From Squalus acanthias (taxonomy: Eukaryota), in contig CM059431.1 of NCBI GenBank assembly GCA_030390025.1, positions 149,236,001 through 149,300,000 of the forward strand: DNA of 64,000 bases, written 5' to 3'. Shown in pieces: positions 1 to 12,557 of this stretch (position 1 is the stretch's first letter; every line of letters starts with the position of its first letter). Made by a program: the position numbers and the translations under genes. Below the pieces are notes generated by a model, which was not told the origin of the DNA, ran no database searches, and worked only from the letters and a program-made list of their open reading frames with translations.

Positions 1-334
1 AAAACATCATATATTTATTTCTTTAAACTTTGTTTGGGAATGTGGCATTTTATGAACAATCCTTTCTCCTAATTGCAAACATCAGAATTCCCTTGAAACC
101 GTCCAACGTTTAAATCAGCAGAAAAGTTTTAAAATCTGCTTTTGGGAGCTGGGTTTGCGGTGGAGGAACAGCCTGAGACTCAGTGCCAGCATGGTTTGCC
201 CAAAAAGCTGCTCCCTGGGCAGCAGTGTTCTCACTGGAAACTCTCAGTAGAAACATCTGTCTTTTCCCTCGCTTCCTTCACTCTGCATGTCTTACACTTG
301 CACAGAGATCCATTTGCTCTGAACGCGCACTTAC

Positions 335-399
335 GAACATAAGAACATAAGAAATAAAAGCAGGAGTCGGCCATTTGGCCCTTCGCGCCTGCTCCGCCA
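335..399 (-). mobile_element. CR1 LINE 3' tail; left piece of the element that resumes at 8077
   Basis: gaacataagaacataagaaat...cctgctccgcca is the reverse complement of a CR1 tail. It joins taataagatc at 8077, as in the uninterrupted copy at 25837-25905. Confidence 0.8.
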
Positions 400-453
400 G
401 ATACCAACGACATCGGTAGAACTAAGAATGAGGTTCTGCTGAGGAAGTTGGAG
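400..453 (+). mobile_element. CR1 ORF1 (SGNH esterase) fragment; left piece of the element that resumes at ~4743
   Basis: Translates DTNDIGRTKNEVLLRKLE, collinear with the ORF1 esterase motif DTNGIVRKRDEVLQAEFR in ORF 1368-1679. Confidence 0.75.
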
Positions 454-470
454 AGGACAGTTGGCAGTAA

Positions 471-544
471 GCCCTGCTAGCTCAGTCATTAGAGCATGAA
501 ATTCTATCATCTCCAGGTCGTGGGTTCGAGCCCCACGTTGGGCG
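471..544 (+). pseudogene. tRNA-Lys(CTT)-derived pseudogene
   Basis: gccctgctagctcagtcattagagcatg...ggtcgtgggttcgagccccacgttgggcg closely matches vertebrate tRNA-Lys-CTT. B box (GTTCGAGCC) is intact; D-loop GG and anticodon arm are degenerate; a T-rich stretch follows. Confidence 0.85.
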
Positions 545-3500
545 GTTGTTTCTTTAATTTTCCCCGCAGCAGCAGTGCGGAACTGGGAGGAGCGGCGAGG
601 CGGAGGCGGCGGCACCAACTCAGCACCGACAGAATTTTCAAAGAGTGAGTCAGAAGTCAAAAGTGACGTCGGGACAAGGGGAGGGAGCTGATTGGTGAGG
701 ATCTGGTAAGTCTTTCTTAAAGTTTTTTAATTTATTCCAGCTAGGTTAGTAAATTAGAGGTTAATTAGAGGTATGGCAGTGCAGCTCCCACCCGTAGAAT
801 GCACATCCTGTGCCATTTGGGAAGTCCTGGACAGCTCCCGTGTTCTGGATGACCACATGTGCGGGAAATGTCACCAGCTACAACAGCTCGAGCACCGGTT
901 TACGGAGCTTGAGCGGCGGCTGCAGTCACTGCTGTGCCTCCTTGAGGCTGAGAGCAAACTGGATAGCACGTCTCGGGAGTTGGTCACCCCGCAGTTTAAG
1001 AGTGTGCAAGCAGAGAGGGAATGAGTGACAGTCAGACAGAAGAGGCGGACCCGGCAGGTACTGCAGGAATCCCCTGAGCCCATCTTGCTCACCAACAAGT
1101 ATTCAGTGCTGAGTACTGGTGAGGGCGATGGTTCATCTGGGGAGTGCGGCCATAGCCAAGTCCACAGCACCATGGAGGGCTCAGCTGCACAGGCGGGAGG
1201 GAAGAGGAGAGGGAGAGCAATTGTGATAGGGGATTCAATAGTTAGGGCAGCAGACAGGTGTTTCTGTCGCCGCAGACGTTACTCCAGGATGTTATTTTGC
1301 CTCCCTGATTCCAGGGTCAAGCATGTCACTGAACGGCTGCAGGAAATTCTGAGGGGGGAGAATAGACTTGGTCCATATCGATACCAACGGCATAGTTAGG
1401 AAGAGGGATGAGGTTTTGCAGGCAGAGTTTAGGGAGCAAGGAAAGAAGCTAAAAAGCAGGTCCTCAAAGGTTGTAATCTCCAGATTATTACCAGTGCCAC
1501 GTGCTCGTGATTTCAAAAATAGGAAGACAGAGCAGATGAATGCGTGGCTGGAGAGATGGTGTAGGAGGGAGCGCTTTAGATTCCTACCGAATTGGAACCT
1601 TTTTTCTGGGGGAGGTTGGACCACTAAAAGCCAGACCGGTTGCACCTCACCGGGAACGGTACTAATATCCTCGCGGTAGGGCTTGCTAGTGCTGTTGGGG
1701 AGGGTTTAAACTAACTTGGCATTTATGATGGGAACCTAATATAGAATCAATAGGGAGGGAAGAGAAACTGGAATTGGAAAACAAAAACGTAGAAAATAAA
1801 TTGGAAGGACAGAGGAATCAAGAGCTAGATAGTAGTCAACAAGGAGGTTTAACTGTGCTAAATGATATATACATCAATGCAAGGAGTATAGCGAGCAGAT
1901 GAGCTAAGGGCACAGCTAGATACTTGGGACAATGATATTATAGCTATTAGAGAAACGTGGCTGAAAGAGGGGCTGGTATGGCAGCTCAACATTCCTGATT
2001 ACAGGATTTTCAGACGGGATAGAGAGTGAGGTAAAATGGGATGGGGGGTCGCGGTATATATTAAATAAACTATTACAGCTGAAGGAGGCATGATATGTTG
2101 GAGGGATCATCAAACGAGGCCATATGGGTCGAATTGAAAAAAAAAAAAGGGGCGATCACACTGCTGGGACTGTACTACAGACTCCCAAGCAGTGAGAGGG
2201 AGAGAGAAGTACAAAAATGTAGACAAATTTCTGACATGTTAAAAAAATGCATAGGGCAGTAATAGTAGGGGATTTCAACTATCCCAATATTAACTGGGAT
2301 AAAGTTAGTTTGACGGGTATAGAGAGAGCGGAATTCCTAAAATGCATCCAGGAGAATTTTTTTAGCCCGTATGTAGCAAGCCCAATAAGGGAGGGGGCGG
2401 TTCTGGACATAGTTTAAGGGAATGAAGCTGGGCAGGTCGAAGACGTATCAGTGGGGGAGCATTTTGGTGCTAGTTACATTAATTCTGTTAGATTTAAGGT
2501 AGTTATGGAAAAGGACAAGGATAGACCAGGAATAAAAATTCTAAATTGTGGAAAAGCAAATTTTGCGAATCTCAGAGGGGATTTAGCAATAGTGGACTGG
2601 AAACAGCTAATTGAAGGTGCATCAGTGCCAGAGCAGTGGGAGGCTTTCAAGGAGGAGATCCGGAGGGTTCAGACCAAACATGTGCCATTAAAGAAAAAAG
2701 ATGGGACTAACAAATCTAGAGCCCCCTTGATGTCTCGAGAAATACAGGGTAGGATAAAGAAAAGAAAGCAGGTGTATGACAGATACCGAAGGCTAAATGC
2801 TTCAGAATCTTTAGAGGAGTACAGAACGTGCAGGGTGCAATTCAAAATGATATTAGGAAAGCAAAGAGAGAGCAAGAAAAATAATTGGCAAGTAAAATCA
2901 AGGAAAACCCAAAGATGTTTTATAAATATATTAATAGTAAGACGATAACTAAAGAAAGGGTAGGGCGTAATAGAGATCATGTGGGTAATCTGTGTCTGGA
3001 GCGGGTCGCGTCGGTAGGCTTCTTAATGAATACTTTGGGTCTGTTTTCACAAAGGAGTGGGGCGAACAGACATTGTTATCGGGGGCGGGAGGGGTGTAAA
3101 ATATCAGATGAAATAAACATAGTGAGAGAGGAAGTATCAAAGGGATTAGCTGCTTTATAAGTGGATAAATCCCCAGGCCCGGATGAAATGAATCCCAGGC
3201 TGTTAAGCGAAGCAAAAGAGCAAATAGCAGAGTCCCTGAAAATCGTGTTTTAATCCTCTCTGTCCTCAGTTGTGGTGCCGGAGGACTGGAGGACTGCTAA
3301 TGTGGTACCCTTGTTTAAAAAGTGAGAAATAATAGATCGAGTAATTACTGGCCAGTCAGCCTTACCTCGGTGGTGGGAACATTATTGGAAAGAATTCTGA
3401 AGGACAGGATAAAACTTCATTTAGAAAGTCACGGATTAATCAAGGATAGTCAGCACGGATTTGTTAAGGGAAGGTCGTGTCTGACAAAAATGATTGCATT

Positions 3501-4741
3501 TTTTGAGGAAGTAACAAGGAGGGTATATAAAGGTAGTGCGTTTGATGTAGAGTATATGGAACTTAGCAAGGCTTTTGATAAGTTTGCAAATGGCAGACCT
3601 GTCACGAAGTTAAAAGCCCATGGGATCCAGGACAAACTGTCAATTTGGATACAAAACTGGCTCGGAGACAGGAAGCAGAGGGAAATGGTTGATATGTGTT
3701 TTTGTGACTGGAAGGCTATTTCCAGTGGAGTTCTGCAAGGTATAATACTAGGTCCCTTGCTTTTTTTGCTATATATCAACGATCTTGCCTTGAATATAGT
3801 GGTATGATTAAGACGTTTGCAGTTGATACTAAAATCGGCTGTGTTTTTGATACTGAAGAAAGGAAGCTGTAGAATGCAGGAAGATGTCAAAAAATTGGTC
3901 AAGTGGGCAGAACAGTGGCAAATTGAATTTAACCGGAGAAGTGTGAGGTAATGCATTTGTGGAGGGCAATCAAGGAAAGGGAATACACATTAAATGGTAG
4001 GACACTGATTAGTGTAGAGGAACAAAGGGACGTTGGAGTGCATGTCCACAGATCCCTGAAGGTAGCATGCCAATTACTTAAGGTGGTTAAGAACGCATAC
4101 CGAATGCTTGCCTTTATTAGCCGTGGAATAGAATACAAGAGCAGGGGGGGTTATGCTTCAACTGTATAAAACACTATTTAGGCCACAGCTAGAGGACTGC
4201 GTACATTTCTGGTGGCCACATTACTGGAATGATGTGATTGCACTGGAGAGGGTACAGAGGAGATTTACAGGGATGTTGCCGGGAGTGGAGAATTACATAT
4301 GAGGAAAGACTGGATGAGCTGGGTTTGTTTACCTTGGAACAGAGAGACTGAGAGGAGACCACATTGATGTGTATCAAATTATGAGGGGCATAGATAAAGT
4401 GGATAGAAACGACCTATTTCCATTAGCAGAGGGGTCAAAAATCAGGGGGCGGACATTTAAAGTAATTGGGGTAAGGTTTAGAGGGGATTTGAGGGTACAT
4501 TTCTTCACCCAGAGGGTTGTGGGAGTCTGGAACTCACTGACTGAAAGGATGTTAGTGGCAGGTATCCTAACCACATTTGAAAAGTAACTGGATGTGCACT
4601 TGGGATGCTTTAACCAGCAGTGCTACGGACCAAGGGCTGGGAAGTGGTATTAGCCTCGATAGCTTTTTTTGGTCGGCACGGACAGGATGGGTCGAAATGG
4701 CCTCCTACTGTGCTTTAACTTTCTATGGTTCTATGATTCTA
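545..4741 (+). mobile_element. Full-length degenerate CR1 LINE (5'UTR, ORF1 Zn-finger/coiled-coil/SGNH esterase, ORF2 APE endonuclease + RT, 8-bp tail repeat)
   Basis: ORF1 from 773: CTSC...CGKC, AIVIGDSIVR, TNGI. ORF2 motifs: YINARSI, GDFNYP, PVSLTSVVG, SQHGFVKGRSC, LGPLLFLLYINDL, FFTQRVV. Tail ttctatggttctatgattct at 4721-4740. Multiple stops and frameshifts. Confidence 0.93.
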
Positions 4742-4742
4742 A

Positions 4743-7700
4743 AAGCAACTAGTCTCTAAATTAATAAGCAGAACCACAAGGGTAATAATCTGTGGAATAC
4801 TGCCTGAGCCACTTGCAAATTGGCATAAGATAAAGCAGATCAGAGATATAAATGCGTGGCTGACAGTGTGGAGTGGCAAAAAGTGGTTTCAATTTATGGG
4901 GCACTGGCACCAGTACTGCAGAAAGAGGAAGCTGTTCCGTCGGACGGGCTCCACTTAAACCAGGCTGGGACCAGCGTCCTGGCGAATGGAATATCTAGGG
5001 CTGTAGATCGGGATTTAAATTAAACAAAAGGGGAGGGGTCAGGTGAGGGGAAATTTGGAAATCTTAAGACAACGGGCATGGCAATAGAGCAGTGTAGCGA
5101 TTTGGGTAAAAATAAGCAGAGCGTGACAGGAAGGGACAGAGGGATTAATGGTAGCAGTGCAGCAGGGAATAAGGTCAAAGCAGGGAGTAATGTTAAAAAA
5201 ATAAATTAAAGGCTCTTTATCTGAATGCACGAATCATTTGTAAAATGATAGACGAACTGGTGGCACAAATAGAGATAAATAGATTTGATCTAATAGCCAT
5301 TACAGAGAATTGTTGGAAAGGTGGCCAAGGTTGGGAACTAAATCTTCCAGGGAATTTGATGCTTCGAAAAGAAAGGCGGGATTGAAAAGGAGTCGGAGTA
5401 GTCCTAATAATAAAGGATGACATAAGGACAGTAGCGAGAAAGGATCTCGGCTCGGAAGATCAGGAAGTAGAATCAGGTTGGAGATAAGGAATAACAAGGG
5501 GCAGAAAACATGGTAGGAGTATTATATAGGCCCCCTAACTGTATCTAAACCGTTGGAAAGAATATTAATCAAGAAATAATAGTAGCTTGCAACAAAGGTA
5601 GTATAATAACATTGTGGGACTTTAATCTTCATATAGACTGGACAAATCAAATTGGCAAAGGTAGTCTGGAGGACGAGTTCATGGATGGCATTCGGGACAG
5701 CTTCCTAGAACAATATTTCATGGAACCAGTCAGGGAACAGGATATGTTAGATCTTGTATGTGTAACGAGAAAGGTTAATTAGCATTCATAATAGTAAAGG
5801 ATCCTCTGGGGCAGAGTTATCATAATATAATAGATCTCTACATTAATTTTGAGAGTGACTTGCCTAAGTCCAATACTAGAGTCTTAAACTTAAATAAGGC
5901 TCATTACATAGTTCTGAGGGGCGATTTGGCTCAGGTAGATTGGAAAAATATATTAAAAGGTATGGCGGTAGATAAGCAGTGGCTAGCATTTAAATAAATA
6001 TTTAATAATTCTCAAAAACATACATCCCATTCTGAAACAAAAGCTCCACGGGAAAAGTGATCCAACCGTGGTTAACTACATAAGTTAAGGTTAGCATTAG
6101 ATTGAAAGAATAAGCTTATAATGTTGCAAATAATAATAATAAGCCTGTGGACTGGGCGAGTATCAGAGACCAGCAAATGATGACCAAAAAATTGATACAA
6201 AGGGAAAAAATAGACTATGAGGTAAAGCTAGCAAGAAATATAAAACAGATTGTAAGAGTTTCTACAAGTATGTAAAAAGGAAAGAAGTAGAACATGTAAA
6301 CGTTGGTACTTTAGAGGCTGAGACAGGAGAAATTATAATGGGGAATAAGGAAATGGCAGAAACGTTAAACAAATATCACAGTAGAAGACACAAAAAGAGC
6401 ACCAAAACTGGTGGGAAACCAAGGTTCTAATCAGGGTGAGGTACTTAACGTATTTAATATAAGTCGAGAAAAAGTGCTCGAGAAACTTATGGGACTAAAA
6501 GCCGACAAATCTCCTCGTTCTTACGGCCTACATCCCAGGGGTCGCAAAGAGGTGGCTCAAGAGATAGTGGATGCATTGATTTTGATCTTCCAAAATTTCC
6601 TAGATACTGGAATGGTCCCAGCGAATGTAACACCGCTATTCAAGAAAAGAGGGACAGAAAAAACAGGGAACTACAGGCCAGTTAGCCTGACATCAGACGT
6701 TGGGAAAAGGCTGGAATCCATTGTTAAGGAAGTGGTATCAAGTCACTTAGAAAATCATAACAGGATTAGGTAGAGTCAACATGGTTTTATGAAAGTGCAA
6801 TCGTGTTTGAAAAAAATATTAGTGTTTTTTTTGGATGTAACTAGCAGGGTAGGTAAAGGGGAACCAGTGCATGTAGTATATTTCGATTTCCAGAAGACAA
6901 TCGATAAGATGCCACATAAAAGATTATTACACACGATTAGGGATCATAGGGTTCGATCTAATATAATAGCATGGATAGAGGATTGGTTACCGGACAGAAA
7001 ACAGAGAGTAGAGATAAATGGATCTTTTTCAGGTTAGCAGGCTATAACTAGTGATGTGCCACAAGGATTAGTGTTGGGGCCTCAGTTAATTACAATCTAT
7101 ATTAATGACCTAGATGAAGGGACCGAGAGTAATTTATCCAAATTTGCTAATGATACAAAGCTAGGTGGGACAGTAAGTTGTGAGGAGAACACAATGTGTC
7201 TGCAAAGTGATATAGAAAGGCTAAGAGAGTGGGTAGTAAGGTGGTAGATGGATTATAATGTAGGGAATGGTGAGGTAATTCACTTTTTTAGGAAGAATAG
7301 AAAAACAGAACATTTTTAAATTTTGAGAACCTTTCAAAAGTTGCTGCTGAGAGAGATTTGGGTGTCCTCGTTCAAGGAACACAGAAAGCAAGCATTCAGG
7401 TACAGCAAGCAATAAGGGAGGCAACCGGAATGCTGGTCTTTATTTTAAGGGGGTTGGAGTATCAGAGTAAGGAAGTCTTGCTACAATTCTGCAGGGCCTT
7501 GGTGAGACCACACCTGGAGTACTGTGCAAAGTTTTGGTCTCCTTATCTAAGGAAGGATGTACTTGCATTGAAGATGTTGCAACAGAGGTTCACTAGATTG
7601 ATTCCTGGGATGAGAGGGCTGTCCTATGAAGAGAGATTGTGTAGAATGGGCCTATACTCTCTGGAGTTTAGAAGAATGAGCGATGATCTCATTGAAACAT

Positions 7701-8076
7701 ACAAGATTCTGAAGGGGTTTGACAGGATAGATGCTGAGAGGTTGTTTCCCCTGGATGGAGTGTCCTGAACTAGGGGGCATAGTCTAAGGATAAGGGGTAG
7801 GCCATTCAGGACTGAGTTGAGGAGGAATTTCTTCACTCAGAGGGGTGGGAATCTTTGGAATTTTCTTCACCAGAGGGTTGTGAATGCTGAGTCTTTGATT
7901 ATATTCCAGGCTCAGATAGATATATTTATGGATTGTAGGGGAATCAAGGGATAGGGAGAACGGACGGGAAAGTTGAGTTAATGTTGCAGATCAGCCATGA
8001 TCTTATTGAATGGCGGAGCATGCTCGAGCGGCCGCATGGCTTACACCCGCTCTTATTTCTTATGTTCTTATGTTCT
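4743..8076 (+). mobile_element. CR1 LINE (end of ORF1, ORF2, tail), degenerate
   Basis: Esterase C-terminus, LYLNAR endonuclease start, NYRPVSLTS, YINDLDEG, RPHLEYC; tail ttcttatgttcttatgttct at 8057-8076. Confidence 0.92.
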
Positions 8077-9450
8077 TAATAAGATCATTGCTGGTCTTCT
8101 ACCTAATCTCCACTTTCCTGCACTATCCCCATATCCCTTGATTCCCTTAATATTCAAAAATCTAACAATATCTGCCTTGAATATACTCAACCACTAAGCC
8201 TCCACAGCTCTCTGGCGTAGAGAATTCCAAAGATTCACCATCATCCGAGTTAAGATATCTCTCCTAATCTCAGTCCTACATGGCCGACACTTTATTGTGA
8301 GACTGTGACCCCTGGTACTAGACTCCCCAGCCATGGGAATCATACTCGCTGCATCTACCCTGTCAAGCCCTGAAAGAATTGTGTATGTTTCAATGAGATC
8401 ACCTTTCATTCTTCTAAACTCTAGAGAATATAGGCCTAGTCTACACAATCTCTCCTGATAGAACAATCCCCGCATCCAAGGAATCAGTCTGGTGAACCTT
8501 CGTTGCACTCCCTCTATGGCAAGTGTATCCTTCATTTGGTGAGGAGACCAAAATTGTAAACAATACTCCAGGCGTGATCTCAACAAAGCCCTATATAATT
8601 GAAGTAATATGTCTGTACTCATATACTCAAATCCTCTAGTATTAAAGCTCAACATCCATTTGTTTTCCTAATTGTTAGCTCTACCTGCATGGTAACTTTC
8701 AGTGATTCGTGTTCGAGGGCACCCAGGTGCCTCTCAACAGAAACATTTCCCAATCTCTCATTATTTAAAAAAATACTCTGCTTTTCTATGTAAATGGATA
8801 ACCTTACCTTTCTCCAGATTATATTCCATTTGCAAATTACTTGCCCACTCACTTAACTGATCTATATTCCCTTGAAATCTCCTTGCGTCATCCTCACAAC
8901 ATACATTCCAACACAGCTTTGTATCATCAGAAAACTTGGATATATTACATTTGGTCCCATTATCCAAATCATTGATGTAGATTGGGAATAGCTGAGTTCC
9001 AAGCACTGATTCTTGCGGAACCCCAGTAGTTAGAGCAGCCAGCTCTAAAATGACCCGTTTATTCCTACTCTCTGTTTTCTGTCGTTAACCAAACCTCAAT
9101 CCATTCTAGTATATTACCTTCAATCCCATGCGCCCTAATTTTGTTTAATAATCTCTTGTTTCGCAACTTATCGAATGCCTTCAGAAAATCCAAATACACC
9201 ACATCCACTGGTTCCCCCTTATCAATTCTACTAGTTACAACCTCAAAAAATTCTAACAGATTTGTCAAACTCAATTTTCCTTTCAGAAATTAGTATTGAC
9301 TCTGCCCAATACCATTATTATTTTCTAAGTGCCCTGTTACCACGTCCTTAATAATAGATTCTGGCATTTTCCCTACTACTGATGTCAGCAAAATGGCCTG
9401 TAGTTATTCGTGTTCACACTCCCTCCTTTCTTATACAGTTGGGTTACATT
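8077..9450 (-). mobile_element. CR1 LINE 3' half (RT), degenerate
   Basis: ORFs 8194-8655, 8761-9006 and 9065-9274 give LTNLLEFFE, VYLDFLKAFDK, KFSDDTKL, LEFRRMKGDLIE. Confidence 0.92.
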
Positions 9451-9454
9451 TCCT

Positions 9455-10100
9455 CACTCTCTCGGACACAGGGTAAAATGGACAATGATCATCAGCAGGA
9501 ACCCTGGCTAATTTCCCCACTCTCTGAACCAGAGGTAACTGGACAATGCTCAGGAGCAGAAACCCTGGCTAATTTCCCCATTCTCCAAACCAGGGATCAC
9601 TGGACAGTACTCAGGAGCAGGAAACCTGGCTCAATCCCACCTTCTCCAACACAGAAGTCAATGAACAATGATCAGGAGCAGGAACCCTCGCTAATTTCCC
9701 CACTCTCTAAACCAGGGGTAACTTAAAGTGATCAGGAGCAGGAACACAGGCTCAATCAAACACTCCCAAATCCAGGCGTCACTAGAAAATTATCAAGAGC
9801 TTGAACACTGGCATCTTTCCACTCACTATAAACCAGGGCCCAGCGGAAAATGATCAATTCCTGGAACCCTGGCTGATTCCACCTCTCTCTAAACCATGTG
9901 CCACTGCACAGTTATCAGGAGCAAGAACACTGGCTAATTTCCACTCACTATAAACCAGGGCCCAGCGGACAATGATCAGTTCCTGGAACCCTGGCTGATT
10001 TCACCTCTCTCTAAACCATGTGCCACTGGATAGTGATCAGGTGCAGGAACCTGGCGTTTTCATGTCTATCTAAACGAGTGGTCAATGGACAATGATCAGA
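9455..10100. repeat. ~61-bp minisatellite, ~10 copies
   Basis: Recurring unit ggacaatgatcaggagcaggaaccctggctaatttccccactctctaaaccagggtcact. Confidence 0.9.
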
Positions 10101-10160
10101 TGGGATTTCATAAGAATCCGATAGTTTCATGTCACCATTACTGACACTAGATTTTTATTC
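10101..10160 (-). mobile_element. SINE internal fragment
   Basis: Similar to 57460-57540 and to the reverse complement of 20190-20265. Confidence 0.55.
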
Positions 10161-10479
10161 CAGATTTATTTAATTAACTATGTTGCTCCGGGTGTTGTTG
10201 TGACGAGAACGGAGCTACATCTCCAAACATGCCAAGCGAGTTGGACTGCTCCACATAGTGCAGGATACCAGCTCCAGCGACACTATTTAAAGGGATACTC
10301 ACCAAGAACTCGCACCTCACAGGTTTTTGAAGTTTGAGTGGCTGTGTGCTACTTCCTGCAACTGCAAGAGCTTTCTTCAGTTATTTCAAGTTTATTTAGT
10401 ATCAGGGAGTATTCCGGCAGGTAAAAAAACTTCGTCATCATTTTTGAGGCTCTTCAAACTACAGTACTTGCTATAAGTC

Positions 10480-11700
10480 ATGGGGACTGTACTGACAGTC
10501 GAGCTCGCCCTCCAGCATCTAAGGCGGTGGGAGCGGAAGCAGCGAGAAAGACGGGACAATGTGCGCAGAGGGAGGAGGAAGTGGTCTATCAGGGATCTCA
10601 AGAGGAGGCCTTACACTCAAAGGGTCTTCCGACATCAGTGCTCCTACTTTCAATTAAGCGAGGAACATTGTATTCGGAGAAGTCGTTTCACCAAGCAGGT
10701 GGTCACAGAACTCTGCCTACCTTCTGCAACCAGACCTCTAGACTCAGATCAGGGCAACCGGGGCTCTCCCAGTGGCAGTCAAGGTCACCGTGGCCCTTAA
10801 TTTCTTCAGCAGAGGATCCTTCCAGTCTGCAGCAGGAGACGTATCTAACATCGCACAGTTCGCCATTCATCGCTGCATCCGGGAGGTCACTGAGGCTCCC
10901 TACAACAGGAGAAGTGATTACCTTGGCTTCCTGATCACCAGAGAGAAGCAGGACGAGCTTGCATGTGGCTTTGCCACGAGAGCGGGTTTCCCCATGGTGC
11001 AGGGCGCCATCGATTGCACCCACGTGGCTTAGCAAGCACTGCATAACAATCCTGAGATCTTCCGTATCAGCGAAGGCTGCCAATCACTTAATGTGCATTT
11101 GGTGTGCGAGCACACACCGCGAATCCTCTATGTCCATGCACGCTATCATGGCTGCAGACATTTTGCCTTCATCCAACGCCAGACCGGAGTGCCAGCACTC
11201 TTTCAGCCACCACGTCAAGTTCCAGGGTGGCTGCTCGGCGACAAGGGCTAGCCGCTCTCCACCCGGCTAATGACTCCTCTCCACAGCCCCAACATTCATG
11301 CTCAGCACTAATATAATGGGAGCCGTGCGGCCACCAGGAACATCATCGAGCAGATCATCGGCTTATTGAAGCAACGGTTCTGCTGCCTTGGCCGCTCCGG
11401 AGGAGTCCTCTAGTGCTCCACTGAGCGAGTGTCCCATTTCGAGGTGGTCTGCTGCATGCTCCACAATTTGGTATTCATGAGAGCGCTGCCCCTTTCAGCA
11501 GGCATTGCCGTACCTCCTCAGAAGGAGGACGAGGGGGAGGAGGAGGAGGAGGAGGGCAGGGAGGCGGAGGAAGAGTAGGAAGAGGAACAGGAGGGAGTGT
11601 GGAGGCAGTGAGACAATCGGCCTTCTGGATGGGCCGTCTGTGAGCAGATCATCAGACTCCGATTTGCATGAGGGAAACCAGAGATTCCCGTAGTTCACCA
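10480..11700 (+). mobile_element. PIF/Harbinger transposase (HARBI1-like DDE), frameshifted
   Basis: YFQLSEEHCIRRSRFTK, AVKVTVALNFFSRGSFQ, GFPMVQGAIDCTHVA, and ATRNIIEQIIGLLKQRF...VVCCMLHNL near 11330-11470. Several frameshifts and stops. Confidence 0.9.
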
Positions 11701-11848
11701 CATCCCCATCATACAATCCCTTTCTCATGGTGGGTCACAGCGTCCTCCTGCGCGCAAGGGTGAAATGAGAGAAACCAGGAAAGATTCCAAGCACAATTAA
11801 TAAATGTGTCTATAAATATATCACACATATTTACAGAAATACTATTAA

Positions 11849-12557
11849 CTAATCACCCTTGCAAAATTCCTTAGTGCCTGTCGTTCGTGTGCCTTTTCCT
11901 ACTCTGGTTCTCCTACGCAGTGCTACCCCAGTGGCTGTTGCACGGCTGGTGGAATGCTGTTGAGTTTCCATGCGGGAGACTTCAGATGGCATTGCAGGAC
12001 GACCTCGACCAGCTGTGGATCTATAAGGCCCGGCTGTGGACTGCACAACCTCGGCATGGGCGGCAGCAGTCTGGGCTGGCTTGCTGTCAGGCAGCGGCAA
12101 GGGCAATGGCGGAGTTGCAGTGATGGGAGCTTGAATGCTCTCAGCCTGAGAGAGGACAGCAGCTTCCTGCTCCACTGACGCACTGCCACGAACCCCCAGG
12201 GGCGGCAACTCAGCATCCCTCGCAATCTGTTGGAGCACAGATTGCTGGCCTGTTGCGACACCGTGAAAGCCCCGGTCGATGGTGGTAGACTGAGCCAGGA
12301 TGGCAGCAGTTAGAGATGGGGCGGCATCACATTGAGACTGCGAGAGAGCAGTCAGAGCTTAGATGCCACCAAGCAGATACTGCGCGGAGCAGTCTGAGCT
12401 TCCGCTGCAGCACTAAATTTTGGGTGGCTTCCGTTTGCACTGCAGTGGAAGCCGCGGCATCGCTCCTCACGCGGGTCATCACATCTGGGTCGCCACGGTC
12501 TCTCTGGGAATGCAATGCCATTTCCAGACAGGAAATCCTGGGCTCCATGCTCTGCAC
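11849..12557 (-). mobile_element. C-terminal part of the convergent second ORF of the Harbinger element (normally a Myb/SANT-type protein)
   Basis: Low-complexity Ala/Pro/Ser-rich ORFs converge on the transposase, with an AT-rich spacer (aataaa at 11798). The Myb domain itself is not seen; the call rests on Harbinger two-ORF architecture. Confidence 0.55.

Noticed and set aside
471..544. Functional tRNA-Lys gene
   Set aside because: D-loop GG is lost and the anticodon arm is disrupted.
10480..11700. Domesticated host gene HARBI1
   Set aside because: Multiple frameshifts and stops plus a convergent partner ORF indicate a transposon relic.
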